Program-made: the position numbers and the translations under genes
The notes under the pieces: model-generated
The model's database searches: none
What the model was told of the DNA's origin: nothing
What the model saw: the letters and a program-made list of their open reading frames with translations, nothing else
Part shown: positions 8,494-18,285 of the stretch, one piece after another
How positions within the stretch are numbered: position 1 is the first letter of the stretch
Layout of the letters: each line of letters starts with the position of its first letter
From: Methanocaldococcus sp. 16A
GTDB taxonomy: Archaea > AGJL01 > Methanococci > Methanococcales > Methanocaldococcaceae
Strand: one strand, 5' to 3'
Length of the DNA: 64,000 nt
Assembly (NCBI GenBank): GCA_049860595.1
Contig: CP187551.1

Positions 8494-11073
8494 ATGAAAA
8501 AAATAACATTGGTAATTTTGCTCTTACTATTGCCCACTGTATGTGCAGATGTTAGTGTATATAAAGTTTGGTCGCCCTACGACCCACCAAATTCACCAAT
8601 AATGCATGTAGATATTAGTGAGCAAGTTCTGTATATAGGTATTGTAAATAAAGATGAATATGAGCATGATGTTATAGTTGAAGTAGAATGTAATGGAAAA
8701 ATTTGGAAATCTGGATTAATACCCCTACCACCAAATAGTCATGTAGAAAAAATTGTAGAAGTGAGAGTTCCAATTAGTGACGATAAAGAACATAATGCTA
8801 AGATATCATTAATTGAAAATGGAAAAACTATAGCTTCAACAACAGTTAAAGTGAGACAGTATTTTCCAGTAGATGTTAAGAATGTGACTTGTCAAGGTTC
8901 ATATAATATTGGAAACTCTGAAGTTTGCTATTCTAATTGGTTTGATGTAATTTTAAAAAGCAACCCTACAGCAAAGAGCGATTATATTGCCAAAGTTTGG
9001 ATAAATTTAAAAGATGGAAATAACATAATTTACGATGGTAAAAACGATTTTAAAACAGTATATATACCTTTTGGGCAGGAAGTAAAAGTATCTTTTAAAG
9101 TGCCTAAAATTATTCTTGATAAAGAAAAATTTACAGTTGAGACAAATGTAGAGACAATGAACGTTACTCACACTATTGATGGTATTGAAGAAACTATTCA
9201 AAGGAGAGATGATTCTGGAATATACTACGACTATAAAAGTATAGTAAAATATTATTATCTTCCAGTTGTTGTGAAGAATGTAGAACTTTATAGAAAGGTT
9301 GATGAAAACACTTCAGATATTGTGAAAAATTTTTATGAATCAGCAGATATTTTAGATAATGAGATAAGAAAAGTGTTGTCAGACAAATATTTACAAAAAG
9401 ATGATGAATTACCAAGATATTATGTTGAAGACGACCCAATACTATCTATTTTAAAAATTACAGTAGAGAACAAATATGATAGAGACATTGTAGCCAAATT
9501 GATAGTTAAATACAACAATAGGTCATTTAGTAAAGTAATTAATATTGACAAAAAAGATACAAAGGATATTATAGTTCCAATATACACAAAGAAAGGTAAT
9601 AAAAATATAGAAATAACCATAAATCCTATAGATGCTGATAGTTTAATCTTTAAAAAGTCTTACAATATTAATATAAATCCAAAACCTATACCTCCAGTAA
9701 TTATTGAAAAAATAATTTTACCAAATGATGAAAAAATTAATAAATGGTCGAATATTAGCGGATATATATTGGTTGGGAAGACATATAATATGACCATTGT
9801 TATAAAAAATATATATAATAGAACATTATCCGGTAAAATTACTATAGATGATAATTTTAATGAAGGGATTGCGAATTACTCTAAGGAAATTCCATTTACT
9901 ATAAAACCTCATAGAACTAAAGAAATAAATGTTCCAATAGTATTTTACAAGGAAATAAATGGTGATTTAAAAATTACAGTTTCAGCTAAAGGAAGCGCTA
10001 AAGATTATACATGTCTTGCTCATTTTTATGCAGTGTTGCCAGTAGATATTGTAGAAGTACAATACAATAACACATTATTATTGGGAAAAATAAATGTAAT
10101 AAAAGGATGTGGGGGAGTATACTCAGCCAAACCTATTGCAGGATTTAACAACACTTGTGTAGTTAAGATTAGAAACAAGTTAAATTCTAAAGTTGAATGT
10201 AATGTGTGGATTGAGGTTATTGACAAAGATGGAAATGTTAGGGCAAAAAGTGATATTAAAACAGTTAAATTAGACAAATATTCAGAATCTGAAGTGATAT
10301 TTCCAATCTTTTTCGATGAGGGATTTGAAGGATATACTATAGCTCATGTAATTCCAAAATCTGTGGAGAATGTTGATATTATATATACAGAAGGTTATGG
10401 AATTCATTTAGTTAAAATGTCAGATTACTACAGGGTTGGAAGATATTCAGCAATTGATATATTAGGAAATAAAATACCTACAGGGACGCATGTAGTTACA
10501 GAAGTTATTTCTCCAGTGAATATTGAGAATTTAAACTATAACCATAACAATAGCGTATTAAATGTAAAAATTAGGAATGACAAGTTTCCAGTGAATTTAA
10601 CGGTACAGTATTGGGTTGAGATTAGTAGAGGTTCAAATATCTACTACAAAAGTCCCGTTTTCCAAACAGATGTTTATCCAAAATCTGAGAAAGAATTGAC
10701 AATTCCTTTAAAACTGAAGGATTTAGAAAGTGGGGAATATAATGTAACGTTATATGTTAGAATTAATGACTTTGCTCTTGTTAATTATCAAAAAGTTCCT
10801 GTAGTTTTGAAAAAATCAATATCTATTGAAATAAATAAAAGTATTAGGGAGGGAGAATATGGATTTTCTAAGAATGAAAAAATTAGCGATTCTTTGGAGT
10901 CATATGAAAATATGACAAAATCTTCTTCTAATATTAAAACAAAAGATAACAGTAGTGATATAGACAATATCCAAAATACAAATAATGTTAATTCTCAAAA
11001 TAGTTCAATATTTAGTAAAGTTGCTGGAGTGATAGGTAGTATTGTTTCAACAATTCTTGGATTGTTTGGATGA
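8494..11073 (+). CDS. Large secreted/surface protein of unknown function (859 aa; probable tandem beta-sandwich domains, C-terminal hydrophobic helix)
   Basis: Signal peptide MKKITLVILLLLLPTVCA, repeated alternating-hydrophobic beta strands, S/N-rich linker, C-terminal IFSKVAGVIGSIVSTILGLFG. Confidence 0.8.
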   Translation: MKKITLVILLLLLPTVCADVSVYKVWSPYDPPNSPIMHVDISEQVLYIGIVNKDEYEHDVIVEVECNGKIWKSGLIPLPPNSHVEKIVEVRVPISDDKEHNAKISLIENGKTIASTTVKVRQYFPVDVKNVTCQGSYNIGNSEVCYSNWFDVILKSNPTAKSDYIAKVWINLKDGNNIIYDGKNDFKTVYIPFGQEVKVSFKVPKIILDKEKFTVETNVETMNVTHTIDGIEETIQRRDDSGIYYDYKSIVKYYYLPVVVKNVELYRKVDENTSDIVKNFYESADILDNEIRKVLSDKYLQKDDELPRYYVEDDPILSILKITVENKYDRDIVAKLIVKYNNRSFSKVINIDKKDTKDIIVPIYTKKGNKNIEITINPIDADSLIFKKSYNININPKPIPPVIIEKIILPNDEKINKWSNISGYILVGKTYNMTIVIKNIYNRTLSGKITIDDNFNEGIANYSKEIPFTIKPHRTKEINVPIVFYKEINGDLKITVSAKGSAKDYTCLAHFYAVLPVDIVEVQYNNTLLLGKINVIKGCGGVYSAKPIAGFNNTCVVKIRNKLNSKVECNVWIEVIDKDGNVRAKSDIKTVKLDKYSESEVIFPIFFDEGFEGYTIAHVIPKSVENVDIIYTEGYGIHLVKMSDYYRVGRYSAIDILGNKIPTGTHVVTEVISPVNIENLNYNHNNSVLNVKIRNDKFPVNLTVQYWVEISRGSNIYYKSPVFQTDVYPKSEKELTIPLKLKDLESGEYNVTLYVRINDFALVNYQKVPVVLKKSISIEINKSIREGEYGFSKNEKISDSLESYENMTKSSSNIKTKDNSSDIDNIQNTNNVNSQNSSIFSKVAGVIGSIVSTILGLFG

Positions 11074-11143
11074 TTGTTTCAACCTTTGAACAATAAAATG
11101 AGAAGGTATTATCGCTGTGACACTTATGTAGGGGAGGGGTAAC

Positions 11144-11479
11144 ATGAGCTTGGCATTTATCGACCCAATGATTATTAGGTCGTTAAATAAAAGTAAGTTA
11201 AGGAAGAAAATATTATATCTGCTATATAGAATATATCCCTATGGTATTTATCTCTCAGAAATATCGAGAAGAGTTAAATCTGACCCAAGTAATGTGCTTG
11301 GATGTTTAAAAGGTATGAATGGTAGGTATAATGGCCACTTTTCACTTATAGAGTTAGGTTTAGTTGAATGTGTAGAAAGGGGAGGAATGAAATTATACAG
11401 ACTAACAGATTATGGAAAAAAAATTGTAGAAATATTAAAAGATCAAGATAGTGACTTTATAGAATCCTTAAGGTGGTGA
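11144..11479 (+). CDS. earA: Archaellum operon transcriptional activator EarA (wHTH)
   Basis: IDPMIIRSLNKSKLRKKIL...YLSEISRRVKSDPSNVLGCLKG...SLIELGLVE...YRLTDYG signature; located next to the fla cluster. Confidence 0.8.
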   Translation: MSLAFIDPMIIRSLNKSKLRKKILYLLYRIYPYGIYLSEISRRVKSDPSNVLGCLKGMNGRYNGHFSLIELGLVECVERGGMKLYRLTDYGKKIVEILKDQDSDFIESLRW

Positions 11480-12579
11480 TTATGAAATTCGATTCAACAA
11501 AAATTGAAAATTTAGTTGGGGGAGGGTCATTTGATGTCGGTGAGGATTCAAAAATATTAGAGGAGATTATTAGTGAGGTCGTAAATGACATAATACCATC
11601 TGAAATAAAATTAAAAAAGAAAATAGAAATGATTGATAGTACTATAGAGTATTTAAGTTATGAGTTACTTGTTACATTTATAAAACAGGGTGTAGAATTT
11701 GGTATATTTCCAATAATTGCAAAGTATCACCCAAAAATTGATGAAGTTCCTTTATTAGTTAAGTATCCAAATAAACAGTTTATCCTTGAGTATATTAAAA
11801 CTGCTCTAAAATTGGAAATTTTAAAATATAATGATGATAAAATTGAGATAAATGAGGATTTTGAATTAAACTTAAAAATGCCAAAATTTGATAAAATTAT
11901 TAGTGATTATGTAATGAAATATAACTTTATAACTCACGTATCAAGATATGCGCTAATAAGTTACAGCCACCCAAAGATTGCTATAAGCTTTAAAAAAGAC
12001 CCTGACATTTGGGATATGATATTGAGTAGTCCATACTATACATTGTGCAGAGAGATAGCTAGTGATTATTTAAAGATTAGTGATGATAGCTATATATTGG
12101 ATGTAGGATGTGGTTCAAGGTCGCCAAGATACTTTGTAGATATTATATATCCGAAAGGATACTATATGGGAGTTGATATCTCTAAGGGGCTTTTACAGAT
12201 TGCGGAATGTAGAAATAAGAGATTATATTGTGATTCCTATGAACTAAAAAATATAGACTTTGCTGAGATAATTCCTAAAGAAAAATATGATTATGTTATA
12301 TGCTCTCATACTATGAAATATGCTCCGTCATTAAAGCAGTTTTTAAATAATATGATGTCTTCTATATATAGTGGGGGTAAAATATTCATTTCCGAAGAGT
12401 TTATATTGGATAAAAATGAAAATATTTGTAAGGAAGTGTTTGAGTTCTATAATAGGTTAAATAATAGATTTAGAGGGTATTATTCAGAAAAGGATATTGT
12501 TAACATTCTTGAATCGTTAGGATATGATTTCAAAATTGAAAGCTTAGGAAATGGAATATTGGTTATTGAAAAGATTTAA
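11473..12579 (+). CDS. Class I SAM-dependent methyltransferase with N-terminal extension; probable start ATG 11482
   Basis: ILDVGCGS motif I, GVDIS motif II, YDYVIC, GGKIFISE. Confidence 0.85.
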   Translation: MVIMKFDSTKIENLVGGGSFDVGEDSKILEEIISEVVNDIIPSEIKLKKKIEMIDSTIEYLSYELLVTFIKQGVEFGIFPIIAKYHPKIDEVPLLVKYPNKQFILEYIKTALKLEILKYNDDKIEINEDFELNLKMPKFDKIISDYVMKYNFITHVSRYALISYSHPKIAISFKKDPDIWDMILSSPYYTLCREIASDYLKISDDSYILDVGCGSRSPRYFVDIIYPKGYYMGVDISKGLLQIAECRNKRLYCDSYELKNIDFAEIIPKEKYDYVICSHTMKYAPSLKQFLNNMMSSIYSGGKIFISEEFILDKNENICKEVFEFYNRLNNRFRGYYSEKDIVNILESLGYDFKIESLGNGILVIEKI

Positions 12580-12602
12580 AATTTTAATTATTTTTTATTT
12601 AT

Positions 12603-13580
12603 TTAAGCTATCACAAAATCTTTACAAATATCTAAAATTTTATCCTTGGTTAATTCATCCATTTTATAATATTTAAATCCAAATCTATCAGCAATTTGTT
12701 TTCCAATTCCGATCTTTATAAATGATTGTGGCTCTGTATCAATTAATATAACATTAATTCCCTTCTCAGATATTTTCTCACACGCATCGAAAACCTCTTT
12801 AATATAATCTTTTTTAACAGCCACATTAGGCTTGAAATCACTAATTACAATCATTATAGGTATAATATTTGGATTTTTTCTAAGTTCTCTATCAAAGACA
12901 TCATAGCTTTTAATAAATGCATCAGCCAAAGGAGTTTTTCCTCCAGTTGGTAAATCTTTCAATAGTTTCTCTCCAAGCTCTACTGAGGATGTAAATGGCA
13001 AAATAACTTCTGCTTTATCTTTTCTAAATGCAATCATCCCTATCTTATTCCTCTTTTGATATGCATCTAAAAGCAGGGATATTATAGCCCCCTTAGCAGC
13101 TTCCATTCTTCTCATAGCTCCCATCGAACCACTTGCATCAACAACAAATAATATATGGGATGATATTTTCCTCTGTCTTACCTTTTCTACAATATCCTCC
13201 TTTTCTAAATAAATGGCTAATTTTTTATTGGCTTTTTCCCTTCTCTCTTTTTGTTTTATAGCTGCCCTTCTAAATGTTGCATCAAAAGCAATATCAGCAG
13301 TTTTATCTTTTGGGAGCTTAAATTTAATGTATCTACCTCTCTTACTATAACTCTTAATATGCCTTCCAGAGCCATATCTATGGATATTATCTTTAATTTT
13401 AAATTGTATTAGTTTTGGGTTAATTTTAATATTATCATCTACACCAAAAGTCTTTTCAAAGTCATCATGATTGGATTCATCTTTATTTTCATTTTCATCA
13501 TTGTTATTATTATTTTTTTGATTATTATTTGAATTAGTTTCTTCATCAGTCTCATTCTTTATTTCATCATGTTTTTTTTT
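12603..13580 (-). CDS. chlD: C-terminal half (acidic linker + vWA domain) of a ChlD/CobT-type chelatase medium subunit, reached by -1 frameshift
   Basis: Frame is open without stops from the A9 run ([12 protein letters not shown]...) through [12 protein letters not shown] to [14 protein letters not shown]. The listed ORF 12603-13124 starts at the end of the MIDAS motif, so it is not the real start. Confidence 0.88.
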   Translation of the reverse strand, partial: KKKHDEIKNETDEETNSNNNQKNNNNNDENENKDESNHDDFEKTFGVDDNIKINPKLIQFKIKDNIHRYGSGRHIKSYSKRGRYIKFKLPKDKTADIAFDATFRRAAIKQKERREKANKKLAIYLEKEDIVEKVRQRKISSHILFVVDASGSMGAMRRMEAAKGAIISLLLDAYQKRNKIGMIAFRKDKAEVILPFTSSVELGEKLLKDLPTGGKTPLADAFIKSYDVFDRELRKNPNIIPIMIVISDFKPNVAVKKDYIKEVFDACEKISEKGINVILIDTEPQSFIKIGIGKQIADRFGFKYYKMDELTKDKILDICKDFVIA

Positions 13581-13582
13581 AC
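13559..13582 (-). other. -1 frameshift signal GTA AAA AAA AAC ATG ATG AAA TAA in chlD
   Basis: A9 run (T9 at 13572-13580 on +) joining the AAA+ and vWA frames. Confidence 0.8.
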
Positions 13583-14656
13583 GTCATCATTTTCATGTTT
13601 CTTTTTTTCTTCTTCATTATTATTTTTTTGCTCTTTGAATTCATTAATCATTTGCTCCAATTTCTCTTTATTTAATTGTGGAGGTTCAAATGGTTTTCTT
13701 CTCATTCTGTGTGGTAGAGCTAATTCCATAGCTTCTTTAACATCATCTAAAGTTACTTTTGTTCTTCCATTGTAAGCGGCTAAAGCTTTAGCTGTTCTAA
13801 CAACAGTTATATCAGCCCTATTTGTTTGAATTCCCAATTCAATACAAACTTTTGATATAAATTCTAAGAGTTCATCATCTATCATAACTTCTTTTAAAAT
13901 TTCTCTTGCTTTAATTATTTTTTCTCTCAATTTTTTCTGTTCGTCTTCAAATTTTTTATAAAATTCTTCTGGATTGTTGTTGAACTCTTCAACTCTCTTT
14001 ATAACTTCTACTCTATCTTTAATATTGTTTAATCCTTCAACATCAACCATTAAACCAAATCTATCTAAGATTTGAGGTCTTAACTCTCCCTCTTCTGGAT
14101 TCATAGTTCCCACTAATATAAATCTTGAAGGATGTTTTATCTTAACTCCTTCTCTCTCAATAATATTCCATCCCATTGCTGCAGCATCTAACAACACATC
14201 AATTATATGGTCATCTAATAAATTAACTTCATCAATGTATAGGATGTTTCTATTTGCCTCTGCTAAAATTCCTGGTTCTAACGCTTTAATTCCTTCTTTT
14301 ATTGCTTTTTCTATATCTAATGTACCAATAACCCTATCTTCAGTAGCGCCTATTGGAAGATTAACAACCTTCATTTTCTTTTTTGTTATTTTTAGCTCTC
14401 CACTCTTTTTCTTTTCTTTACATATATCGCACAACTCTCCTTTTGGGTCGCAGTTGAATGGACAGCCCTCAACAACTTCAATTTCTGGTAATAAGTCAGC
14501 TAAAGCTCTAACTGCAGTAGATTTTGCTGTCCCCTTCTCTCCTCTAATTAAAACCCCACCAATCTTTGGATTTATTGCATTTAAAATTAAAGCTTTCTTC
14601 ATCTTTTCTTGCCCAACGATAGCAGTGAATGGATAAATATATTGCATAATTATCAC
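13559..14656 (-). CDS. chlD: Chelatase AAA+ ATPase (ChlI/BchI-like); short product of the frameshifted chlD gene; probable start ATG 14647
   Basis: [55 protein letters not shown]. Confidence 0.93.
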   Translation of the reverse strand: MIIMQYIYPFTAIVGQEKMKKALILNAINPKIGGVLIRGEKGTAKSTAVRALADLLPEIEVVEGCPFNCDPKGELCDICKEKKKSGELKITKKKMKVVNLPIGATEDRVIGTLDIEKAIKEGIKALEPGILAEANRNILYIDEVNLLDDHIIDVLLDAAAMGWNIIEREGVKIKHPSRFILVGTMNPEEGELRPQILDRFGLMVDVEGLNNIKDRVEVIKRVEEFNNNPEEFYKKFEDEQKKLREKIIKAREILKEVMIDDELLEFISKVCIELGIQTNRADITVVRTAKALAAYNGRTKVTLDDVKEAMELALPHRMRRKPFEPPQLNKEKLEQMINEFKEQKNNNEEEKKKHENDDVKKNMMK

Positions 14657-14778
14657 ACATTTTAATACTAATTTTTGATTTTTATGATAAAAATAATACT
14701 TTTTATGTTATTTTAGATAGTTGGTATAACATATATTTAAATGTTGCTGAAATAAAGTTAATTTTAATAGGTTATAAA

Positions 14779-15507
14779 GTGGTTGGCATGATAGCTATAA
14801 TTAGTGATATACACTCCAACTTAGAGGCATTGAAGGCAGTTTTAGAAGATATAAAAAATAGAGACATTAAAAAAATTGTGTGTTTAGGAGATATTGTTGG
14901 CTATGGGGCTAATCCAAATGAATGCATAGAATTAATAAAAGAGCATAACTGCATAAGTGTTGCAGGAAACCATGATTATGGTGTTTTGGGAAAGGAGAGT
15001 TTAGATTATTTCAACACCTATGGAGTTATAGCAATACTATGGACTAAAAAAGTTATTAAAGATGAAAATTTAAAATTTTTAGATTCTTTGCCACTGGTTA
15101 TTGAAGAAAAGATAAAGAATAAAAAGGTTATATTTTCTCATGCAAATCCTAAATATCCAGAGATTTGGGAATATCTATTTCCAGATTATGTGGATGATGT
15201 ATTTGATTGTGGAGATTTGATATTTGTTGGACATTCTCACATACCATTCGTAAATTCTGAAGAAGGAAATTTATTGGTTCATGAAGGCTCTATAAAATTA
15301 GATGAAAATAAAAGATATCTAATAAACCCTGGAAGTGTAGGACAACCAAGGGATGGAATAAATAAAGCAAGCTATTGCATATTTGATGAAAAAGATTTCA
15401 AAATAGAGATTGTTAGAGTTGAATATAATATTAGAAAAGCTTATGAAAAAATTTTAAAGAATGGATTACCAGAATGGCTTGGAGAGAGGTTATTTTTAGG
15501 AAAATAA
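14779..15507 (+). CDS. Calcineurin-like metallophosphoesterase (MJ0912-like)
   Basis: SDIHSN, GDIVGYG, GNHD, GHSH, NPGSVGQPRDG motifs. Confidence 0.92.
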   Translation: MVGMIAIISDIHSNLEALKAVLEDIKNRDIKKIVCLGDIVGYGANPNECIELIKEHNCISVAGNHDYGVLGKESLDYFNTYGVIAILWTKKVIKDENLKFLDSLPLVIEEKIKNKKVIFSHANPKYPEIWEYLFPDYVDDVFDCGDLIFVGHSHIPFVNSEEGNLLVHEGSIKLDENKRYLINPGSVGQPRDGINKASYCIFDEKDFKIEIVRVEYNIRKAYEKILKNGLPEWLGERLFLGK

Positions 15508-15669
15508 TTAGAGGAATCTTCCATAAGTTAAAATTGCCTCAATAACAACAAATGCAACAGTAATTCCAATAACATGCTCTGGTTTAACTTTAACCTTTGA
15601 GAAAGACTCATCCATATATCTTATTAAACCTGCACTTGTTGCCAATCCAGTTTCCTCCCTTTTACTCAT
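15508..15669 (-). CDS. secG: Protein translocase subunit Sec-beta (SecG/Sec61beta), 53 aa; absent from the ORF track
   Basis: Translates to [53 protein letters not shown] (AGLIRY...KP + TM helix); ATG overlaps the coaBC stop. Confidence 0.93.
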   Translation of the reverse strand: MSKREETGLATSAGLIRYMDESFSKVKVKPEHVIGITVAFVVIEAILTYGRFL

Positions 15670-16862
15670 GATTTCACCAATTCTTTAACTTTTTCTACAA
15701 TCTTTTCAGCAATTTCTTTCTTAGAGCCAGAAATTTTTTCAATTTCAGATTTTGTTATAATATAAACTTCACTATAATCATTACCAAAGTAATGCTTACT
15801 TAAATCATTGGCAATAATCATATTTAAATTGTATTTATTTAATCTCTCCTTAGCCTTATTTATAAGCTCTTTCTCATTTAAATTGTATTCTGCTTTAAAA
15901 CCAATAATTATTTTATCTTTATAAATTTTCCTCAATTCTTCTAAAACCTTTGGATTTCTCTTTAACTTTAATGTTATCTCTTCTTCAGAACTTAACTTTC
16001 CCTCAAATGATTCAACAGTAAAATCAGAGATGGCTGCTGATGAGATGATGATATCAAAGTCCTTAGCTAACTCTATAGCTTTATTTAGCATATCTTTTGC
16101 AGTTAAAACCTTATGATTCTTTATGTAATATGGAGGTTCTAATCCCATAGCTGTTATAACCTCAACATAAAATCCTTCTCTGCAGAATGCTTCAGCTAAA
16201 GCAACGCCCATCTTTCCAGAAGATAAATTAGATATAACTCTAACTTTATCAATAAACTCAACAGTTCCCCCATTTAATATTAAAACTCTATTTCTTTCTT
16301 TTTTTAGATTATTACCAATTTTTTCAATAACTGATTTAACAACATCCTCTACACTTGCAACTTTTGCCTTACCTTCTTCAAACTTTGGAGATATAATATA
16401 TACATTATCTTTTTCTTTAAGCTCATCTATATGCCTTTTAATAGCATTGAACATATTTTCATGCATTGCTGGGACAATAAATATTGGTTTTTTTCCAATA
16501 AACATTAAAGCAGTAGTATTTACAATATTATTTGCAATTCCTAAATTTATTTTTGAGATTATGTTGGCAGTTGCTGGATATATTAAAAGGCAATCGCATT
16601 CATTGTATAGTAGGATATGCTCTATATCCCCAGTTATTTCCTCATAAACTTCATTTCCACAACCAAATTTTAAAGCCTCTTTGCCAATGATTTTTTTAGT
16701 TTCCTCTGTAATGATGCAATAAACTTCTGCCCCATGCCTTATTAATTCTCTCATCAACTTTGGAGTTTCAATTGCTGCTATTGATGAAGTTACAGCAACT
16801 AATATCTTTTTCCCTTCTAATAGTTTTGATTTAGAGCCTTTTAATAACTTAGTTGGATGCAT
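15666..16862 (-). CDS. coaBC: Bifunctional phosphopantothenoylcysteine decarboxylase/synthetase
   Basis: [53 protein letters not shown]. Confidence 0.95.
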   Translation of the reverse strand: MHPTKLLKGSKSKLLEGKKILVAVTSSIAAIETPKLMRELIRHGAEVYCIITEETKKIIGKEALKFGCGNEVYEEITGDIEHILLYNECDCLLIYPATANIISKINLGIANNIVNTTALMFIGKKPIFIVPAMHENMFNAIKRHIDELKEKDNVYIISPKFEEGKAKVASVEDVVKSVIEKIGNNLKKERNRVLILNGGTVEFIDKVRVISNLSSGKMGVALAEAFCREGFYVEVITAMGLEPPYYIKNHKVLTAKDMLNKAIELAKDFDIIISSAAISDFTVESFEGKLSSEEEITLKLKRNPKVLEELRKIYKDKIIIGFKAEYNLNEKELINKAKERLNKYNLNMIIANDLSKHYFGNDYSEVYIITKSEIEKISGSKKEIAEKIVEKVKELVKS

Positions 16863-16869
16863 ATTCTCA

Positions 16870-17055
16870 CTATTTTAAATCTCTCTTTAAATCTATAATC
16901 ATTTTACATTTTGGACAAATAACTCTTTCTCCAACACATTTAAATTCATAAGAACACTTTGGACATCTAATATTTTTTATAAAATCATCTAAATTATCTA
17001 AATTAATAACTGTAAATTTTTCTATCTCTTCCATGTTCTCCCTATTAAGTCCCAA
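16870..17055 (-). CDS. Small zinc-ribbon protein; probable start near 17034
   Basis: CPKC-x12-CPKC pattern; in operon between nadX and coaBC. Confidence 0.7.
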   Translation of the reverse strand: MGLNRENMEEIEKFTVINLDNLDDFIKNIRCPKCSYEFKCVGERVICPKCKMIIDLKRDLK

Positions 17056-17848
17056 CTTTTACTGGCTCAGCTAAATCTCTAATTAATCTAACAGCTGAAT
17101 AAGCCGCTAATGCTGAAGTTCTTGGATTTTCTTCAAATGGAACATTTTCAATACTAACCTTCAATGTCCCTATAGAGCTTTTAACAAATATTTCATGTTT
17201 ATTTAGCTTTGCATTTGGGTCTGCGACAATAACAACCTTTGCTGGAAATTCTGCTGCTATTGATAAAGTTACTGAAACGTTTATATTCATTGGAAATTCT
17301 TTTATTGCTTCAAAAACATCCCCTTCAAATACAACAACAGGATTTTTTATATCATTTAGCTTATAACCAAGATTTTTTAAAGCTTCTTCTAAGGCATTAA
17401 CTGGTTTTGTTGTTTTTAAAATTACTTTCTCTATTTTACCTAATCTCATAGCTTTTATAGCATCTAAACCACCAATAGCTCCAGATGGAAGATAAATTTT
17501 TTTCCCTATATTTTTAGCTAAATTTTGAAGTTTTAAAAATAATTCTTTATTTGCCAAAGCACCAACGCTCATTATTAAAACATCTTTGTTATTTTTTAGA
17601 GATTTTTCAGCAACTTCTTCAACTGCTTTTATCGAAGCACATTCAATAACCAAATCTAAATCTTCTTTAACTAATTCATCAATACTACTACATATTTTAG
17701 CCCCAGTCAATTCTGAAAGTGTTTTTGCCTTATCCAAATTTCTATCATAGATGGCAACTACCTTAGTATCTTTTATAGTTCCATCAATAACTTTTTTTGA
17801 AATAAAACTGCCAATAGCTCCACAACCAACAATACCAATTTTAAACAT
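17045..17848 (-). CDS. nadX: L-aspartate dehydrogenase
   Basis: GCGAIG Rossmann motif, [31 protein letters not shown]. Confidence 0.93.
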   Translation of the reverse strand: MFKIGIVGCGAIGSFISKKVIDGTIKDTKVVAIYDRNLDKAKTLSELTGAKICSSIDELVKEDLDLVIECASIKAVEEVAEKSLKNNKDVLIMSVGALANKELFLKLQNLAKNIGKKIYLPSGAIGGLDAIKAMRLGKIEKVILKTTKPVNALEEALKNLGYKLNDIKNPVVVFEGDVFEAIKEFPMNINVSVTLSIAAEFPAKVVIVADPNAKLNKHEIFVKSSIGTLKVSIENVPFEENPRTSALAAYSAVRLIRDLAEPVKVGT

Positions 17849-17939
17849 TTTCTGTTCACCTCATAAAAATAGAAATCAATAAAATAAAATCTTATAATGA
17901 GAAATATTCAAAAAATTTTTCTTTAATAATAAAATAAAT

Positions 17940-18218
17940 TTATTTCTTTAGAAATCCATAGCCAGAATCTGCAGGAGGTTTAATCAATATTATATTTCCA
18001 ATTGCAGTAATTAAATTATATGGTAAAACAACTTTCTTAGTAGGGTCGGTAACATATTCCCTTAAACATCCATTTTGAATGTCTGAGACAATTAAGCCAC
18101 TAATAGCTCCTTTATTCAAATCGAGCATCACGTCATAAACCTTACCAACGTATATTGCAGTTGTTGTGTATATTGGTTTATCTAATATATCACTAACTCT
18201 AATTGCCATACCATCCAC
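17940..18218 (-). CDS. PRC-barrel domain protein (CdpB-like); probable start ATG 18209
   Basis: DKPIYT...[11 protein letters not shown]...[19 protein letters not shown]-barrel pattern. Confidence 0.8.
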   Translation of the reverse strand: MDGMAIRVSDILDKPIYTTTAIYVGKVYDVMLDLNKGAISGLIVSDIQNGCLREYVTDPTKKVVLPYNLITAIGNIILIKPPADSGYGFLKK

Positions 18219-18285
18219 CTAACTTTTTATAATCCTTAAACTTAAAAAAATTCTATTTAACTAATCTTTATTTATATATTTTTGT

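Noticed and set aside
12603-13124. Stand-alone 173-aa vWA gene, or chlD as a pseudogene
   Set aside because: The ORF start truncates the MIDAS motif and the frame is open back to the A9 site. Both halves are intact, which fits recoding.
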